A stretch of DNA of 64,000 nucleotides from Ylistrum balloti (lineage: Eukaryota): NCBI RefSeq assembly GCF_031769215.1, contig NW_026782082.1, forward strand, positions 868,001 through 932,000. The letters run 5' to 3'. Position numbers and translations under genes: made by a program. The notes under the pieces are model-generated. The model was given only the letters and a program-made list of their open reading frames with translations. It ran no database searches and was not told where the DNA came from. This document shows, piece after piece, positions 53,404-64,000 of the stretch (within the stretch, counting starts at the first letter, position 1; every line of letters begins with the position of its first letter).

Positions 53404-55325
53404 TTGTGTGTTGACGCTGTGGTATATTTTGTCGTTGTGTGTTGATGATGTGGTATATTTTGTCGTTGTGTGTTGACGCTGTGGTATACTTTGTCGTTGT
53501 GTGTTGATGATGTGGTATATTTTGTCGTTGTGTGTTGATGATGTGGTATATTTTGTCGTTGTGTGTTGATGGTATGGTATATTTTGTCGTTGTGTTTTGA
53601 TGATGTGGTATATTTTGTCGTTGTGTGTTGACGCTGTGGTATATTTTGTCGTTGTGTGTTGATGGTATGGTATATTTTGTCGTTGTGTTTTGATGATGTG
53701 GTATATTTTGTCGTTGTGTGTTGACGCTGTGGTATATTTTGTCGTTGTGTGTTGATGATGTGGTATATTTTGTCGTTGTGTGTTGATGATGTGGTATATT
53801 TTGTCGTTGTGTTTTGATGATGTGGTATATTTTGTCGTTGTGTGTTGATGATGTGGTATATTTTGTCGTTGTGTTTTGATGATGTGGTATATTTTGTCCT
53901 TGTGTTTTGATGATGTGGTGTAGTTTGTCCTTGTGTGTTGACGCTGTGGTATATTTTGTCCTTGTGTTTTGATGATGTGGTGTATTTTGTCATTGTGTTT
54001 TGATGATGTGGTATATTTTGTCCTTGTGTTTTGATGATGTGGTATATTTTGTCCTTGTGTTTTGATGATGTGGTGTATTTTGTCGTTGTGTTTTGATGAT
54101 ATGGTATATTTTGTCGTTGTGTTTTGATGATGTGGTATACTTTGTCGTTGTGTGTTGATGATGTGGTATATTTTGTCGTTGTGTGTTGATGATGTGGTAT
54201 ATTTTGTCGTTGTGTTTTGATGATGTGGTATATTTTGTCGTTGTGTTTTGATGATGTGGTATATTTTGTCGTTGTGTGTTGATGATATGGTATATTTTGT
54301 CGTTGTGTTTTGATGATGTGGTGTATTTTGTCGTTGTGTTTTGATGATGTGGTATATTTTGTCGTTGTGTGTTGATGGTATGGTATATTTTGTTCTTGTG
54401 TTTTGATGATGTGGTGTATTTTGTCCTTGTGTTTTGATGATGTGGTATATTTTGTCGTTGTGTGTTGACGCTGTGGTATATTTTGTCGTTGTGTGTTGAC
54501 GCTGTGGTATATTTTGTCCTTGTGTTTTGATGATATGGTATATTTTGTCTTTATGTGTTGACGCTGTGGTATATTTTGTCATTGTGTGTTGACGCAGTGC
54601 TATATTTTGTCCTTGTGTTTTGATGATGTGGTATATTTTGTCGTTGTGTGTTGAGGCTGTGCTATATTTTGTCGTTGTGTGTTGACGCTATGCTATATTT
54701 TGTCGTTGTGTGTTGACGCTGTGGTATATTTTGTCGTTGTGTGTTGACGCTGTGGTATATTTTGTCCTTGTGTTTTGATGATATGGTATATTTTGTCGTT
54801 ATGTGTTGACGCTGTGGTATATTTTGTCATTGTGTGTCGACGCTGTGCTATATTTTGTCCTTGTGTGTTGACGCTGTGGTATATTTTGTCATTGTGTGTT
54901 GAGGCTGTGCTATATTTTGTCGTTGTGTGTTGATGATGTGGTATATTTTGTCGTTGTGTGTTGATAATATGGTATATTTTGTCGTTGTGTGTTGACGCTG
55001 TGGTGTATTTTGTCTTTGTGTGTTGATGATGTGGTATATTTTGTCGTTGTGTGTTGATGATATGGTATATTTTGTCGTTGAATGTTGATGATATGGTATA
55101 TTTTGTCGTTGTGTGTTGACGCTGTGCTATATTTTGTCGTTGTGTGTTGACGCTGTGCTATATTTGTCCTTGTGTTTTGACGCTGTGGTATATTTTGTTG
55201 TTGTGTGTTGACGCTGTGGTGTATTTTGTCGTTGTGTGTTGACACTGTGCTATATTTTGTCCTTGTGTGTTGACGCTGTGGTATATTTTGTCCTTGTGTT
55301 TTGACGCTGTGCTATATTTTGTCTT
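53404..55325. repeat. 31-bp minisatellite, ~62 copies
   Basis: Unit tgtggtatattttgtcgttgtgtgttgatga. Confidence 0.98.
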
Positions 55326-55724
55326 TGTAAGTTGATATTGTATTATATTTTACCATGGTGCAATGACGTTTACAATGTATGTATATTTTGTACTTATATT
55401 TTTGAAAAATATTTTAAGATGATTTTGTCTCAGAATTTTCTGGGTCACTAAAATACGCAAGCATGATGATATATATGAAGTGTACAGATATTGCACTTTT
55501 GAGATTGTTTCGGAGGTATACGTTAATTTATCGCATGACTTGAATTTAATGGAAAAATTAACAATAATTTCGAAACATGGAGTGATGGCATCGAATTAGC
55601 AACTTGTTAAAACAGACATGGTGTGTTAAATCACTCAGACACAGTATCACTCAATCAGTGCTCACTCACTATGAACAAGGTTTGCAGTGTGACCTATATT
55701 CCTTTTTTTGTGTTATCGTTCCAG

Positions 55725-55748
55725 GTTTCAAAATTTCGGCATCTGCAG
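55725..55748 (+). CDS. Candidate 24-nt microexon (frame 0: VSKFRHLQ, coronin SKFRH-like)
   Basis: Strong acceptor cctttttttgtgttatcgttccag and donor CAG|gtacgg; all three frames open; no other coronin exon found. Confidence 0.25.
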
Positions 55749-57055
55749 GTACGGTCCAAGATATCTGTCGCGTATCTCCGGAAATATTATCACACATTGA
55801 ACCGAACAATAAATCACCTTACAATTATGGACAGCGCGTGAAAAAAAATGATCAGATACAATGCCAATGCTACGTAAACTGAGACACGTAAATTAAAAAA
55901 AATCATATTTATTGTTATCATTTTAAACTTATATTTCTAAAGATTGCGTTATCTTTTTGTCTGTTATCTGGGTTTTTATTATCTTGTAAGACAGCTGAGG
56001 TAATTACAAAGATATATTTCCTTGAAATAGTTGATTGTTACCTCTATGAACAACATGCGGGAGGCCAACCGATTTCCAAAAAATTGCCTATATTTATGTA
56101 TCGTAATTAATATATGAACCCATATATTTATATATATATATATCTTAATCAGAAAAGAAAACAGTCATGAGAGTGGGGATATTCCCTGCAAACGTGTGTG
56201 TTATGTTGTCTGCATATCATACTTTGTTTTCCTTTAAAAAATTCCGATTTTTGCTAGATGCTTTAGAGGAGAGAAGGAGTGTTTGGGAGAGGGAAAAGGG
56301 GAATGAGGAATTATCATTCATACTCAACAGTACACTATTTCATTATCAGTAAAGACACAAGATCAGAGAGCGATATCGGGGAAATATTAATTAAATTTCA
56401 CGCTGGGCAGTCTGTACTTATTTCTGTCTGAAGCATCCATGTACAGAAAACAATGTTAACGTAAGATAGTCTATCTATGACCTCATTATGAACACGTACG
56501 ATTACTGCTAGTTTACGAGCCTTCATTGACTTATTGTAAAACGCATTGTCAACTTAACCAATCTTCAAATGCCGTCAACACTTCGATGATTATGCTATCT
56601 CATTTTAAAACGTGAATATCTATCTATGCTATTAAACAACAATATCAAAATTTGTGTTGAAAGACGGAATTTTGTATGTGACTAAGTTTACAATAATAAT
56701 ACTTTAATAAAACCGATCTTTCGATCAGGTGTGTAAGTTTAATACATGAAACACATGGTAATATTTTTATTACAAATACAAACATCTGTTAATGATACAA
56801 ACCAATGTGTGATTTTATCCCGTATCACATTTCCATGATTAACAACAAAAATCATTAACGATGAAGACACTAATTACATGGGAAATATATTAATAAAATC
56901 TCATTTTAATTTCGTAAAATAATTCGGGTGGTTTCGACGATATATGCAGACTATATGTTATATTTTGTATATAATTGTTTTCGTAGTATTTAACGTGGTA
57001 AGTACGCCTCCTAGCTATGTAAAAAAGGCAGGGCAGTATTACCTCGTTCATCACG

Positions 57056-57222
57056 NNNNNNNNNNNNNNNNNNNNNNNNNNNNNNNNNNNNNNNNNNNNN
57101 NNNNNNNNNNNNNNNNNNNNNNNNNNNNNNNNNNNNNNNNNNNNNNNNNNNNNNNNNNNNNNNNNNNNNNNNNNNNNNNNNNNNNNNNNNNNNNNNNNNN
57201 NNNNNNNNNNNNNNNNNNNNNN
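57056..57222. other. Assembly gap (167 N)
   Basis: N run. Confidence 0.95.
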
Positions 57223-57300
57223 CTTCAAAGTATTTGCAATTTCAAATTTTATCTACCAGAAAGGAATGGGGTCTGTTAAATTTCCTATTTACAGCATTTA

Positions 57301-57301
<1 letters not shown>

Positions 57302-57331
<30 letters not shown>

Positions 57332-57364
57332 AAGAAGAAGAAGAAGAAGAAGAAGATGATGATG
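57302..57364. repeat. (AAG)~18(GAT)3 microsatellite
   Basis: Read directly. Confidence 0.97.
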
Positions 57365-57460
57365 TTTCATCTATGCAATTTCATCCTTTATAGCAAAGGA
57401 ATGTTTCAGCGTCGAGTTTCATTTTCCATAGCTACCGACAGCCTCGATACTCAAGGGGTT

Positions 57461-57766
57461 ACGATCACATTTGCTCTTTGCACCACTGGAAAATGTCATG
57501 ACAAAATTGAAAGCACAAACGAAGTAATTTGATGGACGCTAAGAAAAAAAACTGACGCAGGCTGATATACTCCTCTTGAAGATAACAAAGGAGCGACACC
57601 ATAATTAAAATCCATTACAACATACAGTTATGCAACCCCGAGTTTCGCTTGACGTACATCAAATGATCAAACTAGTCTTTTCGTCTTGTCCACACGATGT
57701 CGCAAACACGGAATCTTCAATTTTGCCATGACACGTTCCAGGGGTGCAGAGAGCAAAAGTGATCGT
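57461..57766. repeat. 51-bp inverted repeat pair (57461-57511 / 57716-57766)
   Basis: 45/51 identity between arm 1 and the reverse complement of arm 2. Confidence 0.9.
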
Positions 57767-57772
57767 AAGATG

Positions 57773-58060
57773 AGCTACCGAACGTTTCTTCGTTGCAATT
57801 TCACCCTTCATAGCTACCAAACGTTTCGTCGTTTCAATTTCACCCTTCATAGCTACCAAACGTTTCGTCGTTTCAATTTCACCCTTCATAGCTACCAAAC
57901 GTTTCGTCGTTGCAATTTCACCCTTCGTAGCTACCGAACGTTTCGTCGTTGCAATTCCACCCTTCATAGCTACCGAACGTTTCGTCGTTGCAATTTCACC
58001 CTTCGTAGCTACCGAACGTTTCGTCGTTGCAATTTCACCCTTCATAGCTACCGAATGTTT
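57773..58060. repeat. 39-bp minisatellite, ~7.4 copies
   Basis: Unit agctaccgaacgtttcgtcgttgcaatttcacccttcat. Confidence 0.97.
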
Positions 58061-60426
58061 ACTGTAGGAACTCAATCACACTAAAAATTCGATATTCTTG
58101 AATACATATTTACCTGATTTCTGGTCGGAATATTAATCGAAAATCGCCGTAAGATGTTAACATCGGAATGAAGCGTGAAATGAAACACGTGCAAGGTTCA
58201 TTTTAAGGTAGCCAATGATTTGGAAATCATCCGCTGCAGAGAAAAGAAAACAAACATCAATTATTCCTATAATTAATATCTATCCTTGTATCTACATTTT
58301 AGTGTAAAACATTAACAGGAAACAGTGTGGGAACCTCACAACTGGTCGACCTTTTCTGATTAGCATGTCAATACATAATATTCCTACAAGTTCCTCTTCA
58401 GGGCGATGTTTACGACATTTGTTGCCAACAAACATATTTGAAAGTAAAACCAAACACCGTTCTAAAATACTCATGTGAAAAGCATCTTTTGGGGATCGTT
58501 ATTGATGCTAAGAGACAAAATTTTAAAAACAAACAAAAGTTAGATATTTGAAAAGACAGCATTTTTTCAATCGTAAATTGAAACCAAATATAGGTATATA
58601 GTATATAATTAATAAATTGTTTTATTATTTTTTTATTTATTTGTTGATGAGGTAGGGTAAATAACTCCCGGTATAATCAGCGTTCATGATCGTGAGGTAC
58701 TAAGATCGACCTACAGGAAAATGAGCGACATGGGTGATGGTAACTATTAAGAGTACAGCTCTCATCACATACCGTACTGAATTCTCTCTCACAAGAAAAT
58801 GACTCCATTACATTTGAAGTTCCCTAATTGTGTTGAAGTTTTCTAATAATTCTTTTGCCAGTTTGGACGTGAAAATGTTTCGTTTGGCTCGACGACAAAA
58901 TGTGCAATGATATAAGGTAGAGTCCCATCTCCATGAAGGTATTTCAACAACGATCTCGCGGCCTCGAAAAGCAAAGTCAGGTCATCTTGACGCCTGCCTT
59001 TGAGTGGTTATACCGGGTTAAATGGCACAGATCAGGTTATATGTTTTAGCCAAGTAAACTATAATACATTTTCAAAACGTATTGAATAACAATAAGAATC
59101 AATTTTTGACTTGTTTTGCTAGTTTTTAATCAAAAACTGCCAGTGTGTAAACAAACAAGAAGGGACTTTGGATAGTCTTGGAAATATATTTCAATATGCA
59201 AGGCAACAATTTGTAAAGCAATAGTTTTCGGAATTTTGGTGGATAAACAATGAAACGAGAGCAGGTGTAATTATTGTACACCTTCCCACACTCGCACTCA
59301 AAAGAAAAAATAGGAACCATTAGTATTCTTGATAACTGCCAAGACACAAAAAATTAAAAAATTAAAAATGAAAAAAAAAATGCTTCCTGTGATCAGATTA
59401 TTTGTGAAGAGCGAAGTTAGTTTTGTGAATCATACGCGATACTTGTTGGGTTGTTGTGTGTAAATATGGTCACTGTTAACTGTATATTATCATAGGTGTG
59501 CTTTATATGTTTTGATTAGTTTCAAACATGCTGCCGTTTTAAGTTGTTTACAGGGTTTAACGTTGTCGCAACAACCAGGGTCATTCCTGTGTATATGATA
59601 TTTTCTAAGATGTAAAACTGTCGTTGTCCCAGAGGTGAAATGAGAATTTATCAGCAAGTCTATAGATATAATGGTAGAACCAAAAAAAAGTTGACAAGGG
59701 CATCAAACGAAGGTTACGTCCCCAAATTATCGTTTTTATTCGTGTAAGTTCAGTGAGCAAATGAACGGGTTTCGATTTAGAGACTTTTAATTTCGGAAAA
59801 CTAATACTATTGTGACGTCATAAAGAAATCACGTCTTGATTAAGTCATCTGATTGTCGCAGTAGGTCAAGTGAAAACCCAACCATGCGCGTCTAAATATG
59901 TGTAAGTTTGTCTTATCGGGAAAATGGTTTCGGAATTTTCGTTCACCTAAAGACACGTGACATCAAATTATTGAACCCGTCGAATGAATACAATATAACA
60001 TCAAAGTAGGATCTTCTATATATTTTTTTTGTTCGTAGTGGCACGAGACCTCTGGTACGCAACAACAAATGCCATATGCAGACAGCGTCCATGAATTATG
60101 GGGACATAGCCAAACGTTTTTAAAGTGCCGTCACACTGAAATGTCACAACCTGGCCACGGTATACCTTATAAGCAATAAGGTGTCAGTCCCTACCGCTCG
60201 TTATAAGTCTCACCGAAGGAACAGAACCCATGACCTGACTCACCCGGTAGAAGTAAAACACAACGGAACCAGCAGGTCGAAATTTAACTCCCTACCTGCT
60301 GCACAGATCGGAGTAAAAGCTGATGTATATCGTTTTTAATTCATTGACATTTCTTACTTTAAAATTTATCTATTGTTTCAATTGTTCATGGGAATGCGAT
60401 TTTAGATATGAAGTTGTTCAAATTTC

Positions 60427-60683
60427 NNNNNNNNNNNNNNNNNNNNNNNNNNNNNNNNNNNNNNNNNNNNNNNNNNNNNNNNNNNNNNNNNNNNNNNNNN
60501 NNNNNNNNNNNNNNNNNNNNNNNNNNNNNNNNNNNNNNNNNNNNNNNNNNNNNNNNNNNNNNNNNNNNNNNNNNNNNNNNNNNNNNNNNNNNNNNNNNNN
60601 NNNNNNNNNNNNNNNNNNNNNNNNNNNNNNNNNNNNNNNNNNNNNNNNNNNNNNNNNNNNNNNNNNNNNNNNNNNNNNNNNNN
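60427..60683. other. Assembly gap (257 N)
   Basis: N run. Confidence 0.95.
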
Positions 60684-60871
60684 TACCTTTATTCTTGGGC
60701 GATAGCTGATTAGGAATTGTCGTCGTTATTACGGTCATCATAGTGATCTCGTTGAGAAATATTCTAATTCTTTGTGCTATATAAAGCTAGACGTGTTTGA
60801 TGCTCGTTAGTTTGCCTGTTGGTCCGTTGAGAACGTGACATTGCTTACTTGGATTGACCAATGTTTACATT

Positions 60872-60925
60872 GAGGGCGTCATCGATGAAGCAGAAGACGC
60901 TTACTCAACCGGAACATCTGGTCGT
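60872..60925 (+). mobile_element. Fragment of a dispersed repeat (retroelement tail-like)
   Basis: gcgtcatcgatgaagcagaagacgcttactcaaccggaacatctggtc; related gtcgtcgatgaagcagagaacac at ~28336. Confidence 0.4.
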
Positions 60926-63299
60926 GGTTTTTTTTAGGAGTATCAGTGTAAATATTTCTTTTCTTCACATTTTGCTTAGTTTTATTGAAATTGCTTTGGA
61001 TTATGATTATGTTGACATGTTAGTATTTTTTATTTTTATTTTTTGTTTGTTTGTTTTTTTTTAATTTGACTTTTAAAAAACTGATACGAAACCGAAAGCT
61101 TCCAATGGGATAGTTTCTATTTGATTTTTGTTTACAAGCCATGCTTTTAGTTTGAAGTCATGAAGTTAAAGCTGTATAACATATACAAAATTGTAAAAAC
61201 AAAAACAAAAAACATTGAAATGTTATGCTTGACTTCATCATAATACACGTGATTGCACAGTAGCTGATCCGATCTCTCGAGTCAAAACTAGTAAGTAAAA
61301 ACATATTCTCCCCTGTTTATGTGAATAGAAGCTAGATGCATTTTTAATGGTCATTAATATTTTAGTTCACTACAAAATGATTTCCTTTTCGCTTGTTATG
61401 AAGTTCCATCTTGAAATATTTTATCTTTGGTGTTCTTTGGACACAAGTTCAGCGGCCGCCATTTTTATTAGGTTTCATCTTTGTTCTCCTTTATACTGGG
61501 TTGTTTTCAGCCTAGTTTAAAGGTTACACCAATGACTGTTTTCCGGTGGCAATCAGGCACGTTTTATGGCCGACACTGGGCCATGTACTTCAGTCAAGTA
61601 ATTGTTGTTAACGCTAATAAATAGACTAGTTAGGTTCAAAAAAATCCTTGATGATATTTTTTTTTTTTTTTTTTTTACTTTTATTTTTTGCGAGGAATAA
61701 TTTTTGTTGATGAAAATTTCAAATATTGTGGACAATTTGATGTTGAAGAGATAGTTTCATACTTAAATCGAATGATATGATATACACATGTTTCTCAAAA
61801 ACTGAAAATCTTTGTAAAAGCTAACTAATTTTCTCACAGTTCTTACTGCCCTACGTAACCCAGGGAGTGTGAAACTTGCGTCCGGACTTCACAGAGGGTC
61901 TTTTCTCTCCACTTTTTCTATTAAAACATCCATAAAGATGAGTTCTTAATTCCATAATGACATAGAACACGTAAGCCTTTTCTTCATGCCCACTTGGCAC
62001 ATCATCAAAACAAATTGTTTCTAAGGAACATTGAGTTTTGTGTTTTTTATGATATAAGAATTTATAACACAAATAGTTCCCACTAACACTTATATCATTA
62101 GAATGGGGTTTAGGGGATTTTACAAAAATATTTGTTGACTCTTAATAAATTGTTTGCTACTCATTCAAATATTTTTAAAATTAAGATAATGCTGATTTTC
62201 GTATATGTTTTATTAAAAAGTAAATGGAATTTTAAATGACCATTAATATCACAAAGGAATAACAGGAAGTCCTTGTCTGCCACCCTAGAACATCCCAGAC
62301 ATATTACTTTAAAACAAAGCCTCTCTTATGCCAAACACAGTAGACAAATTTCATAAAAAAAATATCCAACCAAAGAGATACCGGTTGAATTGTAAATAGT
62401 GTTTTGTGCCCAATGACGTCACCCAAAAATTCTTGGCGGCCATATTACTTTATCCCTTAAAGTTAATAAGCAAACGACTGGTTACACGGTGTATACTTCA
62501 TAATGTAGAAAATTTGGAGCTCGACTTTGAAAATCAAAGAGTCTTGAAGAATTAGACATAATTATATAATATATGTATATATCATTTTCTTGTGGTAGTT
62601 ATATTTTCAACTAATTATTTTGTATTCTTGGCTAAAGACGCGAGATCTGAACTTTTATCTTTAACACTTAAAGGACTCTACACAATGCCCTAATGAAATG
62701 GGTATATTTTATAATCAACGCAAGGAAATTAGAACGAACCAACCTACAGAGGTCAAAAGCAGCAATTTTAAAGAAAGACAAAAACAGCGAAGACTGCCTC
62801 CAGACCTAAGGACAATTAAACAAACTACCTAATGTGTGTGCAGCATCAATGCTATTTCAAAGCCAAAGAAAAACTCCTTGTATACTTAATTGTGTAGAAG
62901 GCAATGAGCAGTAACAGTGTGGCACTTTGCCGGGGCCGCTTCCATAAAAATACAATTTGTCCAATATAATCCGAACCGTATATTTTTTCTGATATAAATA
63001 AGCCGGTAAATAGAATCTCAAAAACTTTTTCTAAACAATTCAAGAGCAATCTCCAAGTGTGCTTAATCGATTTCGTAAATATGTTCTTCTATATTGGTTT
63101 TCAAATCTATGTTGTCAAACATTTTAAGAGAGGGAAAATAATATTGCAGAAAAAAAAGAACTTTGATGCAAGCTCCGTAAAGTCTCCAATTTGCACATAT
63201 GAAATGTGAACATTTTTCTTTTTATCCGAAGAAAAAGTTAAGCAATGGCTTGAATTAGTAATTCTTGCTGAAATACGTTTTTGGTACAGATTTAAGTTA

Positions 63300-63835
63300 A
63301 TTAAAAATCCCCCTGCACGTGCATATGTAGGTGCTATGAATAAATCGTGTGTCACTGTCAAGGTCAACTGTACTTCTGGGTGACTAAACCAACTAATGCG
63401 GAAGTAGGTGAAAGGTCATGTCTACAGCTGTCAATTAAAGGTGTATAACATATCTATATGTAATGCAAGTGCATATACACGTGTAATGGGTATCATTGGA
63501 GCGCGCCAAAAAACGCGCGCGGGGCACGAGGCCAGACATGCGCGTGTTACAGACACGTGGTCAAATTTCAGAATGCCACAAATAATGTCATTTAAATTGA
63601 ATTTTTGGCCCATAAATATTTTTTCAGATTCTGTATTTAACTGATGGCAATAAAATGGCGATTTAAGCATTGCCTTAACTTTGTTTGGATAATACAGTAT
63701 TTATCATTAGTATTCTGTCAGGAACCTTAAAACCCGCGCAACAAAATATGTGAAAGGAAGTGATAGGTGAGAGGTGTCGGGAAGTGTACGGAATGAGGAA
63801 GGGGTGGCAGTGGTACAATGGCGCCGAGGACGGTA
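63300..63835 (+). promoter_or_regulatory. CpG-rich promoter-like region with possible start codon at 63818
   Basis: Three CACGTG E-boxes (63316, 63478, 63554), TCAAGGTCA (63358), gcggaagt ETS (63398), E2F gcgcgccaaa (63501), YY1-like aaaatggcg (63652), acaATGGCG (63818). Confidence 0.5.
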
Positions 63836-64000
63836 TATAATGATTTTCATCGAATAGGACTTAAGTTTTCTACTAAAGAAGTGAATGTTTGTGAATGTTT
63901 GTGGAGGGTAACAGTGTTCTTGGAGTTGATATATTTTGGAGAGGGGAGGAATACGAGATATCCGTACCCGATACAACAGTATCTGTGTTGGGTAGCAGGC

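Noticed and set aside
53368-54582. 404-aa His/Thr/Lys-rich ORF
   Set aside because: 31-bp unit (non-triplet) cycling through frames; a repeat artefact.
2310-58060. CRISPR-like appearance of 27-49-bp repeats with palindromes
   Set aside because: Units are contiguous with no unique spacers, there are no cas genes, and the context is eukaryotic.
59126-59347. FECECGKVY zinc-finger-like motif
   Set aside because: No His pair or further fingers; AT-rich low-information ORF.
30759-60741. ORFs composed of X
   Set aside because: They span N gaps.

Overview
AT-rich eukaryotic (animal) genomic DNA from a gapped draft assembly; it is not prokaryotic. There is no CRISPR array, operon, rRNA, intact tRNA or recognisable full-length CDS. 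About 18 kb (~28%, my rough sum) consists of a dozen-plus unrelated mini/satellite arrays with units of 15-183 bp. All long ORFs in the track lie in these arrays or in N runs. The unique DNA holds decayed tRNA-derived SINEs (V-type and CORE-type cores resembling bivalve SINEs, so a bivalve, possibly a scallop, is inferred from memory, not a search), a MITE-like element, two promoter-like motif clusters (~28.4-29.05 kb and ~63.3-63.85 kb) and a few unverified candidate exons. The best-supported unusual observations concern repeat evolution: adjacent arrays that change period while keeping a palindromic core with compensatory changes, nested higher-order duplications, and an array bracketed by a direct repeat. 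I found no evidence for a novel multi-gene system.
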